DNA of 64,000 bases from the IMG/VR virus record IMGVR_UViG_3300043444_000221, positions 16,321 through 80,320 of that record. One strand, given 5' to 3'. Of the stretch, positions 33,194 to 43,566 are shown piece by piece (position 1 is the first letter of the stretch; each line of letters starts with the position of its first letter). The position numbers and the translations under genes were made by a program. Below the pieces are notes generated by a model. That model searched no databases. It was not told the origin of the DNA and saw only the letters and a program-made list of their open reading frames with translations. Source of the DNA: a virus.

Positions 33194-33476
33194 GCCACTA
33201 GAAGATAAGGTAGTAGTAAAACCAATTGAGGAGTCTGAAAAGACAAGTGCAGGCGGTTTGATTATTGCAAATGTAAACAGCGAGAAGCCAACTGAGGCTA
33301 TCGTAATTGCAGTTGGTCCAGGATTCACTGCTGCAAATGGAGACAAGGTTACTATTGACCTAAAGCCAGGGGATAAGGTTATTTATTCTAAGTATGCTGG
33401 TACAGAGATTGAGCATAACTATGAGAAGCTAATTATCCTGCCATACCGTGATATCTTTGCTGTAGTAGAGGGATAA
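33186..33476 (+). CDS. groES: Co-chaperonin GroES
   Basis: IKPLEDKVVV, T.GG.II, AVGPG, GDKV.YSKYAGTEI. Confidence 0.92.
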   Translation: MIKPLEDKVVVKPIEESEKTSAGGLIIANVNSEKPTEAIVIAVGPGFTAANGDKVTIDLKPGDKVIYSKYAGTEIEHNYEKLIILPYRDIFAVVEG

Positions 33477-33643
33477 TGCACGATCTATTTGATGTAATGT
33501 TTGGCATTGAACATGTCATTGCCGAGTTTTTCTGGAATGCTGTATTTGCTCTAGCAGTATTTGCATTTTCTAAATCACGTATTCTAAGCAGAATTCACAA
33601 GTACATTGATGATAGGCATGAGGTTAAGCATGACAAGTACTGA
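33476..33643 (+). CDS. Small membrane protein (not in track)
   Basis: MHDLFDVMFGIEHVIAEFFWNAVFALAVFAF... Confidence 0.6.
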   Translation: MHDLFDVMFGIEHVIAEFFWNAVFALAVFAFSKSRILSRIHKYIDDRHEVKHDKY

Positions 33644-33842
33644 GCTAAGGTGTAACTGGCCACATGGCTACCTGCATGTTACACAACAGTTACTGGATGA
33701 TCAAAAGAAACACCAAAGACTAAATGTTTACAATGAAATAATTAGTGAACTAGAGTCTGAGTTGTTTGCAAATAAAGAAGAAGATCCGTACTATGGATAT
33801 TATCTAAAGGCAGTAATCGAACGAATACAGTCCAAGATATAA
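33606..33842 (+). CDS. Hypothetical protein
   Basis: ORF before the tRNA pair. Confidence 0.55.
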   Translation: MMIGMRLSMTSTELRCNWPHGYLHVTQQLLDDQKKHQRLNVYNEIISELESELFANKEEDPYYGYYLKAVIERIQSKI

Positions 33843-33848
33843 ATTCTT

Positions 33849-33925
33849 GGGGCAGTAGTTCAGAAGGTTAGAGCGTCACTCTTATAAGGTGAAAGTCGTG
33901 GGTTCAAGTCCCACCTGCCCTACCA
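33849..33925 (+). tRNA. tRNA-Ile(TAT)
   Basis: Cloverleaf, loop CT-TAT-AA, A discriminator, encoded CCA. Confidence 0.9.
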
Positions 33926-33926
33926 T

Positions 33927-34000
<74 letters not shown>

Positions 34001-34011
34001 CAAATGATATA

Positions 34012-34578
34012 ATGAATAATATGGACGATGTAAAAGTAATAAATAATTTCATCACAGAAGATGATGCACAAACAATAATTGATTTTATTGAAGATAAGCT
34101 ATCTCTATTTGTCTATAATAAAGATCGTAAGCGATACATGCTTAGGTTTGGCTATGACGAAGAGTTGCCAGAACAAGCTATCCACTCTATGTTTATAGTA
34201 AAGCCAATCAAAGATTTGCTAATACAAATATTTGACAAAACAAATGATGTGGTTGGCAAAGACCTATTCCTAACATCTTGGTTCATATCAAAGCAAATTC
34301 CTGGTGCCAAGTTGCTACCACACAAAGACGGAACAAGGGGCATGAACGATCATCTTGAATATACAGCCATGCTATATCTAAATAATCTAGATAATAATGG
34401 AACAATATCATTCCCAGATTTAAATCTTGACATTACTCCACAACTTGGAGACTTGGTAGTCTTTAGGTCGCTTGATCATGAGCATATGGTTTCTGATGTA
34501 ACTCAAGATAGATACTCACTTCCAATGTGGTTTACAAAAGATGAAAGCCTAAAGTTTAATGGACAAAATATTTATTAA
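34012..34578 (+). CDS. 2OG-Fe(II) oxygenase, prolyl-4-hydroxylase-like
   Basis: HKD, TAMLYLN, G.I.F, H.V..V...RY. Confidence 0.82.
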   Translation: MNNMDDVKVINNFITEDDAQTIIDFIEDKLSLFVYNKDRKRYMLRFGYDEELPEQAIHSMFIVKPIKDLLIQIFDKTNDVVGKDLFLTSWFISKQIPGAKLLPHKDGTRGMNDHLEYTAMLYLNNLDNNGTISFPDLNLDITPQLGDLVVFRSLDHEHMVSDVTQDRYSLPMWFTKDESLKFNGQNIY

Positions 34579-35497
34579 CATTGCAGCGTATCGTGATCCA
34601 CTTTTGGTTAGGACACTTACGCAGGCTTATCAGAAGGCTGACCATCCAGAAAATTTAGTGTTTGCACTAGCAATGCAGTATGAGCCAGAGATATATCCAG
34701 ACCTATCCTTCATTCCAAAAGATCAAATACGTATACTGAATTATGACTTGGCTAGCAGGCCTGGCATCACTAGAATTAGATATGAGCTAAGTAGGTCAGC
34801 ATACATAGACGAGGATTATTTCCTAATGATTGACTCTCACATGAAGTTTCAAGATGGTTGGGACACATGGCTTAAGGTGTCACTAAATAACCTTGGTCCT
34901 AAAACAGTCATAACTGGTCTTGGAGAAATTCATAATGATCAGCTTAGATTAAAGACTTGTGAGATTATTCAGGGGCACATGGACTTAGTCTTTCAGGGTA
35001 AAGAATACTATGTTCCAATGGACTATGAAAATGCAGGACGATTCTATAAAGCACCATATATATCTTGTGGGTTTATGTTTACATATGGCTCTTTTGTAAA
35101 TGATGTAGGATTTGATGAATATAGTCAATTTGATTCAGAAGAGCCCTATCTAAGTTGGAGAACCTTTATGTCTGGTTGGGACATATATCAAACATCCTAT
35201 TGGCCAATTACACATTCTCCAGATAATTATTATGACGATGCTTGGGGTGGCTTTGAAAATAGAAAATTCCTTCGTGATGGGCTTGAGAGCGTATTTAGAA
35301 GCAACCTAGTAATGTTAAAATCATTAGCATATGTATACAATGACTATTCAATATACGCAATTAAGAATTCCCCCAGAAAGCCAGTGGAATGGTTCTTGGA
35401 GTGTGGATATACTATTAGTGATTATAAAAAAATTCTTTTACATTTTGACAAAATGATACGCAATAACGTATCAGGAGATGATATAATAATTCTATGA
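34559..35497 (+). CDS. GT60-like glycosyltransferase
   Basis: KIFINIAAYRDP, A.HPENL, EDYFLMIDSHMKF..GWD, EE...S.R.F..GWDIY. Confidence 0.8.
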   Translation: MDKIFINIAAYRDPLLVRTLTQAYQKADHPENLVFALAMQYEPEIYPDLSFIPKDQIRILNYDLASRPGITRIRYELSRSAYIDEDYFLMIDSHMKFQDGWDTWLKVSLNNLGPKTVITGLGEIHNDQLRLKTCEIIQGHMDLVFQGKEYYVPMDYENAGRFYKAPYISCGFMFTYGSFVNDVGFDEYSQFDSEEPYLSWRTFMSGWDIYQTSYWPITHSPDNYYDDAWGGFENRKFLRDGLESVFRSNLVMLKSLAYVYNDYSIYAIKNSPRKPVEWFLECGYTISDYKKILLHFDKMIRNNVSGDDIIIL

Positions 35498-35697
35498 CTA
35501 ATACGATTAAGTGTGCCTTTTGTGCCAATGAAAACATGGCTGAGGTTAAGTATGGCTTTCCAACACCAACGATGATTGAACGTGCCAAGCAAGAGCTAAT
35601 TGCTCTTGGTGGTCTATATGATCATGGAATCACCCACTACTGCTACTCATGCAATGAAACATTTCCACCAACCGAATGGCCTGGTTCTGTAGAATAA
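35494..35697 (+). CDS. Small Zn-ribbon protein
   Basis: CAFC, YG.P, LGG, C..C. Confidence 0.6.
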   Translation: MTNTIKCAFCANENMAEVKYGFPTPTMIERAKQELIALGGLYDHGITHYCYSCNETFPPTEWPGSVE

Positions 35698-35713
35698 AAG
35701 AAAAGAGTTTATA

Positions 35714-36646
35714 GTGATTGGCCCTATAAGAGCTCATGAACTTGATAACGTTGCTGCTGAGATAACATCTAAAATTAAACAGTACAACATGGGCAACTTT
35801 TTGGTACCTGCAGCTAAACCATTCCTTCAGCAACGCAGTGAAGGAAATTATTCTAAAATTTTTGGAACTGATGATGGATATAAAGTTCTTGGTAAATTCA
35901 ATGACTTCGGGTGCAGGTGCGACGATTTTAAAAAAGATCATGGCGGTAAGCTGCATGTACTTTTTGCTGGCTGCTCAATGACATATGGCGAAGGATTGCC
36001 AATAGAAGATGTCTGGAGCTATTTGGTTCATCAATACATTAATAGTATTACAGAAACTAGTGGGTACTTCAATGTTGGTAAAACTGGAATTAACTTCCAC
36101 GAAATGTTAAATCAAATTATGGGATATATGAAGTATGCTGGAAAACCAGATGTAATATTTTTAATGCTTCCTGAGATTGGTAGAGAATTCTTAGAATACC
36201 CAACGCAGATGTGGCCAATGAATGTTGATGCTTTAAATACTCCAGGTAAAGATGAAATACCAACAACAATCAAAAACTTCCGTGAAAGATTAATTAACTT
36301 TAAGATCATGTGCGATCTATTGGGTATTAAGTTAGTAATTGGATGCTGGGCAATGAACATGCGTAACCATGGATTAATTGTGTCTCAGTATTCGGACCCA
36401 TTTAGAGATATTGAGGTTGTAAATGTTGCAGGAAAAACTCATTGGCTGCAAGATTTTAGAGAACACGACCTTGGTCATCCAGAAATTGAAAAAGAAATTT
36501 TAGATAGTTTAGATATAAAAGATCCAAGAAGAAAGATGGTTTATCTAGCATTAGATGACGCTCATCCTGGCTTGCTTGGTCAAAAGATCATGGCTCATTA
36601 TATTATTGAGCATTTAAAGAAAAGTGATATATTTCACAAAAATTGA
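35714..36646 (+). CDS. SGNH-like hypothetical protein; paralog of 14474..15376
   Basis: N.FG.RCDDF, LFAGCS.T.G, D..HPG. Confidence 0.6.
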   Translation: MIGPIRAHELDNVAAEITSKIKQYNMGNFLVPAAKPFLQQRSEGNYSKIFGTDDGYKVLGKFNDFGCRCDDFKKDHGGKLHVLFAGCSMTYGEGLPIEDVWSYLVHQYINSITETSGYFNVGKTGINFHEMLNQIMGYMKYAGKPDVIFLMLPEIGREFLEYPTQMWPMNVDALNTPGKDEIPTTIKNFRERLINFKIMCDLLGIKLVIGCWAMNMRNHGLIVSQYSDPFRDIEVVNVAGKTHWLQDFREHDLGHPEIEKEILDSLDIKDPRRKMVYLALDDAHPGLLGQKIMAHYIIEHLKKSDIFHKN

Positions 36647-36741
36647 TTGCTGCTTGACAAGCACTCATTTACCATGATATACTAGTTAGTAAGTAGAGAC
36701 ACCCTTTAAAAAGGTGTCTTTATGTTTCTAAAGGAGGAAGC

Positions 36742-37347
36742 ATGATACAACCAGAAAATAATGGCAAAATCGGCTTAGCTGGTATTGCTATTGTCGTTAT
36801 GTTGGCAGTTGCTTCAAGTGCAAACGCTAACGCTGATACCGTTTCCCCCCGTCCAGGAGCTAACGCAATCTCTACGAGAGAAGAGGCTGTGAAGTTCATG
36901 AACGTTTCGGTATCACCTACGCCAAGCCCGTTAGAACAGGCTACGCAAGTAGCAAAAACCGTTTCTAAAACTAAGTATGACACTAATGACATGCTTACGG
37001 CAAAGGAGCTCAAGGCTGTGCTATACAGTGTTGGCTTCCGTGGCAACAATCTAAAAGAAGCATGGGCAATTGCGATGCGTGAGTCAAATGGAAGACCTAT
37101 GGCTCATAATCGTAATTCCAGCACAGGAGACAATTCATATGGAATCTTCCAGATTAATATGATTGGCTCACTTGGTCCAGATAGATTAGAGAAGTTTAAC
37201 CTAAAGTCTAACTCTGATTTGTTTGACCCAGTAACTAGTGCAGAGATTGCATTCTTTATGTCTAATGGAGGCCAAGACTGGTCTGCATGGCATGGGATTA
37301 CCTCAAGAGCTAAAGAGTTCATGAAAGATTTCCCTAGTGATTCATAA
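36742..37347 (+). CDS. Secreted lytic transglycosylase (SLT/lysozyme-like)
   Basis: Signal peptide; AIAMRES.G, SYGIFQINM, W..W. Confidence 0.82.
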   Translation: MIQPENNGKIGLAGIAIVVMLAVASSANANADTVSPRPGANAISTREEAVKFMNVSVSPTPSPLEQATQVAKTVSKTKYDTNDMLTAKELKAVLYSVGFRGNNLKEAWAIAMRESNGRPMAHNRNSSTGDNSYGIFQINMIGSLGPDRLEKFNLKSNSDLFDPVTSAEIAFFMSNGGQDWSAWHGITSRAKEFMKDFPSDS

Positions 37348-37753
37348 TCTAATAATAGGTATTTCGCCTCATCCAGAAAAATTTTGGATCAACCTTGAAA
37401 CTCAGAATCTTCTGGGTGGGGCGAAGTTCCTTGGAGACGTTAACCAAACTATAGAAATAAAGTTTGAGAATTTATTAAGAAACCCTTTTGACTATGATGA
37501 CCCTGAAACAGTTTTACATGTTAAAACATTAAGGTATGTTGTTGACTCTAGATTGCCAGAAATGGTGAACATAGATGATATTGATAAGTTAGTTATTCAT
37601 AGGGTTTGTGATCCATCTACATTTGAAATGCCATATGAAAAATATTGGCTATATTTTCCAGCAACAAATGCATTGGCAACTGAGCGTCATCTGCCAGCAG
37701 ACAAAAAGATTTTTGAAACTAGTCCAATATTCTTAGCTATTGTATTTAAATAG
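37337..37753 (+). CDS. Hypothetical protein
   Basis: Coupled ORF. Confidence 0.55.
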   Translation: MIHNLIIGISPHPEKFWINLETQNLLGGAKFLGDVNQTIEIKFENLLRNPFDYDDPETVLHVKTLRYVVDSRLPEMVNIDDIDKLVIHRVCDPSTFEMPYEKYWLYFPATNALATERHLPADKKIFETSPIFLAIVFK

Positions 37754-38189
37754 TTGCCCATTTAATAATGTTACACTGTCCATGAGATGGACGTACATTT
37801 TCAATTGTGTCAAGTCCACCTTTAGACAATGGGAATACATGGTCAATATGTAAAGACTTTTCCCATCCTGGCTTTCCACACTGTCTGGGAGCATCAAGAT
37901 CAATTGGACCAAGACAAATGTGACATCTAGCACCATACATCTGTACAACCTCAATGTCAGAGTATAGCCCAACATCACCCTTGTACCGTCTACCACGTCT
38001 ATTTCCACCTGGTGTACGCTGTCTCCAGGCTCTTCTAAGGACATTTATCTCTTGATTGCGTTCTACACGCATAAGTTTCCAGTGGGCTCTCATAGCCTCT
38101 CTACAGGGCTCACAAGGCTCTTCTCGTAGCTTTCTGGTGTGTTTATTGTAGCCACTCATAGTGCCACAGTTGGGTAGTTGAGATGTCAT
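37746..38189 (-). CDS. HNH endonuclease
   Basis: CHIC, HIDHV.PLSKGG, N....H..CN..K. Confidence 0.85.
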   Translation of the reverse strand: MTSQLPNCGTMSGYNKHTRKLREEPCEPCREAMRAHWKLMRVERNQEINVLRRAWRQRTPGGNRRGRRYKGDVGLYSDIEVVQMYGARCHICLGPIDLDAPRQCGKPGWEKSLHIDHVFPLSKGGLDTIENVRPSHGQCNIIKWATI

Positions 38190-38190
38190 A

Positions 38191-38406
38191 TTATTTTGGT
38201 GTACATACATTGCAGGAATCGCTTGAGCAATCCTGACAACTGTCCATAATCTTTCTAATTGTATTTGGGTTACGATAATCAAAATTAAATGTGATGCAGG
38301 CCACATATTCTCCACGCATGCCAAGAAGCCAAGCGACTGCGTTTAGCACTTTAGCTTTCCACTCTGGCATATTTAAAACTGTCATTGATGTTGGAGTTTT
38401 ATCCAT
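38191..38406 (-). CDS. Hypothetical protein
   Basis: ORF between GT8 and HNH. Confidence 0.55.
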   Translation of the reverse strand: MDKTPTSMTVLNMPEWKAKVLNAVAWLLGMRGEYVACITFNFDYRNPNTIRKIMDSCQDCSSDSCNVCTPK

Positions 38407-39238
38407 TTAGATTAACCTTCTTTATATTTTCTACGTCAAGCATGTGTCCAAAGATAGAGCCATAGTGCATATGCCACAGCTTTTCCCATTGCGTACCGTG
38501 CTGCCATTCAGTTCCGTTGCCATGCCATGGTTTGTGTGGCCCAACAAAGTGAACAATCATTGGCTCAGGATTGTTGTGTGCAAAATGTTCCATGCTGGCC
38601 ATCCACCAATAAAAACTGTTGAATGAAAATGGTAGTGGTGACCACACATCAATGAATGCATGGTTCATGGCATCCTGTTCGGGGCACATGGTAGGACCAT
38701 TCTCTCTCACAAACTCTAACATTTTTTCTTCTGCATTGGAGTCTCGCCAATAGTTAAGATCAGCAATGAATACCCCATTGTTGAAGTATGGCCTATCTCT
38801 ATCATTAAAACTTATGACATTCATAGAGTTATATTCAACCATAGCCATAAGCTTATTTCTCATTGGAAAATCTAGCAACTTATTAATATCACGACATACA
38901 ACAACATCTGAGTCAATATAAATTGCCTTATCGTAATCACTCAAAACTGATCCAAGAAATATTCTGTGGTTGCAGTGGCTAGTGACGTGGTTAAATGGAT
39001 GAGCATGACCGCTGTCAAGCATCTCTAAAAATTTGGGGGAACACCTAAACTCTATATCTAGATTAGGAGTGTTAAGCTTATTAATATACTCTTGCTCTTC
39101 ATTAAGAATATCTGGAGAAACAAGACATATAACCTTTAGTCTTTCTGGTCTTGAGTAATTGTATGATAAAGACTTTAGTGCTACCTGAGATGGCATAATG
39201 TAGTTCTTGTCAAATGAGGTCACGATGGCAGTCTTCAT
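38399..39238 (-). CDS. Glycosyltransferase family 8
   Basis: KAIYIDSDVV, YFNNGV...DL..WR, EQDAMN, HF.G..KPW. Confidence 0.88.
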   Translation of the reverse strand: MKTAIVTSFDKNYIMPSQVALKSLSYNYSRPERLKVICLVSPDILNEEQEYINKLNTPNLDIEFRCSPKFLEMLDSGHAHPFNHVTSHCNHRIFLGSVLSDYDKAIYIDSDVVVCRDINKLLDFPMRNKLMAMVEYNSMNVISFNDRDRPYFNNGVFIADLNYWRDSNAEEKMLEFVRENGPTMCPEQDAMNHAFIDVWSPLPFSFNSFYWWMASMEHFAHNNPEPMIVHFVGPHKPWHGNGTEWQHGTQWEKLWHMHYGSIFGHMLDVENIKKVNLNG

Positions 39239-39290
39239 GTATCTATTATCGCACATAATTTATTTGTTGTCAAGGTGATATAATAGTATA

Positions 39291-39455
39291 ATGGATCTTC
39301 ACGAGGAAATTGGCAAGGTACTGTTCAGGATAGGACAGGATGTAAAGATACATAGAATGCCAGATGGACACCTAATAGTAGACATAGACTATGAAGATTA
39401 CATTGAGGAAATCGTATGTCTTTTTGATGATTTTCTAGATACGATTTCGGAATGA
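39291..39455 (+). CDS. Small hypothetical protein (not in track)
   Basis: MDLHEEIGKVLFRIGQDVKIH...; leaderless after TATAAT. Confidence 0.6.
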   Translation: MDLHEEIGKVLFRIGQDVKIHRMPDGHLIVDIDYEDYIEEIVCLFDDFLDTISE

Positions 39456-39461
39456 GTATAC

Positions 39462-39740
39462 TTGAATAGATTATCTGATATAGCAAGACCCTATATCAAT
39501 CAGTTTAAAAGGTCACCACTTTGGGTAAAAATCATAGCATTTATTTGTCTGATGTGGCTAACAATGCCAATTGATCCATGGGATATCTTATTCCCCTGGC
39601 TGGCGTTTCATGATGATTTGTTTGTTGCTACAATACTCCTAAAGCTTTTACATAAATATGGTGGTTTACCAGACGAAGACCAGACTACCCCAAAAGATAT
39701 AATAAATAAGTTAGTTAAGAAAAAGCATAAGCACAAGTGA
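39462..39740 (+). CDS. DUF1232/YkvA-like membrane protein
   Basis: PID..D...P.L...DDL. Confidence 0.65.
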   Translation: MNRLSDIARPYINQFKRSPLWVKIIAFICLMWLTMPIDPWDILFPWLAFHDDLFVATILLKLLHKYGGLPDEDQTTPKDIINKLVKKKHKHK

Positions 39741-39762
39741 TAGAATTGTTTATGGAGGTATT

Positions 39763-40593
39763 ATGAAGATTAGCTGGATGCAAAGATTTGGTTGGGAGAA
39801 CAACACCAAGGGTCTGATGGAAATGGCAAAGACACTTGATGACGCTGGAGTGTACTCAGTTTTACTACCATATGGATCTACTAGCCCAGATTACTTTGCT
39901 TGGCTACCAGACCTAATTCATAGCACATCAAACCTAAAGTTTATGATGGCATTAAGACCATATACCTTTAGTCCAGAATACGCCTCAAGAGTATTTAGAA
40001 CAGCGTACGAAGTATATCGTGACAGAGTTACATTTAACGTAGTTGCAGGGGCACTGTCTCCAGAAGAACAAGAGTATAGTCTGAAGTATTATGCTGGAGA
40101 CCCTGAAGACATTAACACTATAGATAAGAGAATTGCATTTACAGACAAGTGGACAGAACTGTTTTGTAGAATATTTGATGAGCAATTTGGTCCTATTAAG
40201 CCAGAGATGTACACAATAGCAAACTCCCCAATTACCCTAGAGCTTGCAAACAAGTACATGGACTGTGCAATTTACCACCACCACAGACTTGAGCACAACA
40301 TGGAGCATGGCAGAAAGGGCCTCAGACACGTTATTGTGATTGATCCACTTATAACTAATGACGATGGCACATGCGACGTTGAGTACCTATGGCAGCCAAC
40401 CTCCCTGGAAAAAGCAAACAATAATAAGCTTACTAGAGATCAGATTCATCCAATCAACGGTACGTACGAGGAAGTGAAGCAGCAGCTTATAAACATGTCT
40501 CTCCAGCATGGGATTACAGAGTTTTTGGTGCACACTGACCAGAAAGATATAAGTAAGATTCTTCGTTTAGTTAAAGAACTATCTACGCTGTAA
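39763..40593 (+). CDS. Luciferase-like monooxygenase family protein
   Basis: A..LD..G..SVLLP, L.FM.ALRP...SP.Y, R...NVVAG. Confidence 0.7.
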   Translation: MKISWMQRFGWENNTKGLMEMAKTLDDAGVYSVLLPYGSTSPDYFAWLPDLIHSTSNLKFMMALRPYTFSPEYASRVFRTAYEVYRDRVTFNVVAGALSPEEQEYSLKYYAGDPEDINTIDKRIAFTDKWTELFCRIFDEQFGPIKPEMYTIANSPITLELANKYMDCAIYHHHRLEHNMEHGRKGLRHVIVIDPLITNDDGTCDVEYLWQPTSLEKANNNKLTRDQIHPINGTYEEVKQQLINMSLQHGITEFLVHTDQKDISKILRLVKELSTL

Positions 40594-40667
40594 AGCTCGG
40601 CGGTAAATAAGAAGACAGTCCAAGCCAAAGGCTTGACAAATTCTCCCATCCGTGACATAATAGATAC

Positions 40668-42053
40668 ATGTTAGAAGATGATCCTATTATTACCCTAGAG
40701 CATACCTCTAAGTTCTTTAGAGTAATGCATGCTGCAGATAAGTGTGCAGGAGAATACTGTACTATCCATAATCGTTCTGACCACAAGATGAGAAGTTATC
40801 CACAATCATGGCGTGGTGATAGGAGAATTATGGAAAGGATTTGTCCACATGGTGTTGGACATCCTGACCCTGATGAAATTAACCAAGACAAAACACACGG
40901 ATGCGATGGATGTTGCTATGAATGATATTGAAAAACTACAAGAGATTAGCCGTTTGCTAGACGAAGCCTATAAGCACTACTTCTCCTATGAGGGACACTG
41001 TAAGTCCTCTGAAGGCTGGATTAGCGTAAACTATGGTAACTACTGGGATCGCTCTGACAATCCATCTGAGCTGCCAATTAAGGGTGTAGAAATCTATTCC
41101 TATGTCTTCTGTGAACAAGGTCGCAGTCAGGATTTTGATAGCCTAGATGAGGCACTAGAGACTGTACGTGATTGGCATGCTAAAGAGATGGCATATGACT
41201 ACAATGCACCTGAAGAGGTAGCAGCACGTGAAGAAATGGACCAATTTGCTGCTGAATGGTTGCAGGAAATGCAGGCTAGTGGTAAACTAGAGATACACAT
41301 AATTGGAAGCGAAGATGATTAAGTATAGACACTATGGACCAAACAGATTTGAGTCTAGCAAATACTATGGATTCTGCATTGATGTACATCCAAAGTACAA
41401 GGGCATAGATATTTATTTTGGTAGGCATGTATTTGTGTTTTGGAGAGGGTATAAGAGGTAATGGATAAAGCAGAACTAATTCTACAGCACCTAGAGCGTA
41501 ATCTAGGTATTGATCTTAAGAAGAGTAGCAATATGCCACAAGAGTGGTGTTTCCAATTTGCTAGAAAATACACGCAGTACCTTCGTAATGCGTTTGACGT
41601 AAAGGAATAATATGGATATCAATAGCCTAGCTAACATGAGGTTGGAAGACTTCAGCAAAATCGGGGAACAGGAATACAATAAGGGATTCAGAGCAGCCCT
41701 AGAGACAGTAATTAAAATCCTAGACAAGAAGCCTTGTGATGACTTTCAAGCTGACAACGTATGTGAGCATGGTGAGTGTGCCTATGCTGCAGAACTAGCT
41801 GAAGGGCTAATGGGTGTCAAGAATAACATTCAGTAAGTCATGGATTGGCTCATGGCACATTAATCTATTTGATAAGATAGAGCTAATTATCGGAGTCAAA
41901 GATGGCTGGGGTATTGGATTCGATTTCAGTTGGTATGACAGAGCAATAACCTTTGACCTAATTAAGATTTATATTATTATTGAGAAGCATTGGCCTCTAT
42001 TTGATTCGTCTGATTTGGCGGTAGATGGATCTCAGTCCAAGGATGAAGAATAA
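40668..42053 (+). CDS. Run of small hypothetical genes (40668..40925, 40918..41322, 41612..41836, 41814..42053 and short ORFs between)
   Basis: Closely packed ORFs after promoter 40633-40661; first has ER.CPHGVGHPDPD. Confidence 0.6.
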
Positions 42054-42215
42054 TCCATATAGTAGAATAAGCTCCATTAAGAAGAAGCTTCCATGTTGAG
42101 GTGGCATCTGCATACATCAACATAGCCAAAGGTATCGTCTTCAACCTCTGCTATATCCCAGAACGCTGCTGGCTTGTCACAGTACACACATTTATCCATA
42201 GGTACAGTATAGCAC

Positions 42216-42563
42216 ATGACGTATAATGGTAATATGGACCAAACAATCTTGTATGTTTTATATCACAAGGAATTCCATGCTATCAAAATTGGGATAGCTG
42301 GAATAGGTAATACACGCTACAAGGCTCTCAAGACCAAGGGATGGAAGGTAGTAGCCTATTGGCCATTTTCCGAACGGGATAAAGCAAGACACGTAGAATC
42401 CCTAGTACTAACTACACTAAGAATAAAACATGGTCATTATCTAACTAAAGAACAAATGCCCTATGGTGGATACACTGAGACATTTGATGCTGATAAGGTA
42501 AGTAAGACTAGGTTGATCCGATTGGTCAACAAAGCCATAAAGCTAGCAAATAAGAGATCGTAA
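42216..42563 (+). CDS. GIY-YIG/T5orf172-like protein
   Basis: LYVL...KIGI....R, A...E, GGYTETF. Confidence 0.6.
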   Translation: MTYNGNMDQTILYVLYHKEFHAIKIGIAGIGNTRYKALKTKGWKVVAYWPFSERDKARHVESLVLTTLRIKHGHYLTKEQMPYGGYTETFDADKVSKTRLIRLVNKAIKLANKRS

Positions 42564-42574
42564 TACCCCCAAAT

Positions 42575-42650
42575 TTGTTAGGTTTAGATACCCCATTTTG
42601 TTAGGTTTTATCTTGAGTTGTTAGGTTTGATATCTCAATTTGTTAAGTTT
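42575..42650 (+). repeat. Iteron-like direct repeats
   Basis: TTGTTAGGTTT at 42575, 42598, 42618 and TTGTTAAGTTT at 42640. Confidence 0.8.
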
Positions 42651-42724
42651 ATACACATAGTTATCCACAGAGTTATACACAATTTGATGTCTGATTTTGA
42701 TAGTTATCCACAGGTTTATCCACA
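42649..42724 (+). promoter_or_regulatory. Five co-oriented DnaA boxes
   Basis: TTAT(C/A)CACA at 42649, 42661, 42673, 42704, 42716. Confidence 0.85.
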
Positions 42725-43073
42725 AGTAGATGTTACTGTCTTATTTCTCATATAGGGTTAGAGTGGATGGAAGTGGAGAGATATGGAGAATGGTACGCCT
42801 TTAATCGTAGGCCATCGTAATCCTACCACAAATTAGCCCTTTTGTCAAATCGGACATATCCAAATTGTTACCAAATTGTGACATTTATCATAGTTATCAA
42901 ATTGTTACATTTGACAAATTGGGATATGTGTGCTATAAGGGCATAAAAAAATATGTCCAAATTTGGGAAAAATTTATTGTTATCGTAATGTTATTTTATT
43001 AAACATTATCCCAATTTGGACAAACTTCAAGAAACAGAATGTGTTTTATATACTGTAGTTATTGTATATAGTA

Positions 43074-43283
43074 CTAGGGGATTTGGGTATCTTTCGTAAT
43101 ACCCTGGCCCTTGGCCTGGTCCCCTTCGGGGAACGGTAGCACGGTAAATGAGAAGATCTTCTGAAGCCCAGTATACTTAGTAAAGGCATGCCATACAAAT
43201 AGAGACATTTCATTGTGATCATCTCTCTGCTGTTGAGCAGCTTTAGGATATGACACTTGGAAGAAATGGTTTCTAGGACTCAT
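43074..43283 (-). CDS. Small hypothetical protein
   Basis: Leaderless ATG 6 nt after TATAAT on the - strand; shorter than the track ORF. Confidence 0.5.
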   Translation of the reverse strand: MSPRNHFFQVSYPKAAQQQRDDHNEMSLFVWHAFTKYTGLQKIFSFTVLPFPEGDQAKGQGITKDTQIP

Positions 43284-43415
43284 AATATTATTATACACCA
43301 ATTTGACAATTTGACAATGATCTGCTATGATCTGGGAAAATTTTTGATCCTTCGTAATCTGGGAATTTTTTAGGTCCTTCGTAAAGGAGCTATTTGGATC
43401 GACGGCGAATTTGGG

Positions 43416-43441
43416 TAAAAGAAAAGCCCCCGTAGGGGCTA
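43416..43441 (-). terminator. Terminator closing the - strand block
   Basis: Reverse complement AGCCCC-TACG-GGGGCT-TTTCTTTT. Confidence 0.75.
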
Positions 43442-43566
43442 ATCTCAAATAGGACAATCAGAATAGGGGAAGTATTCCTTTTCCTCGCAGGTGCAGAATC
43501 CAAACTCTTCTACCTGTGTAACGTGTGTCAAGTCTGCCAAATCAGACCAGTAATATACTTTATCCA

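Noticed and set aside
40796-40804. Single DnaA box TTATCCACA
   Set aside because: Isolated and inside a CDS; compatible with chance
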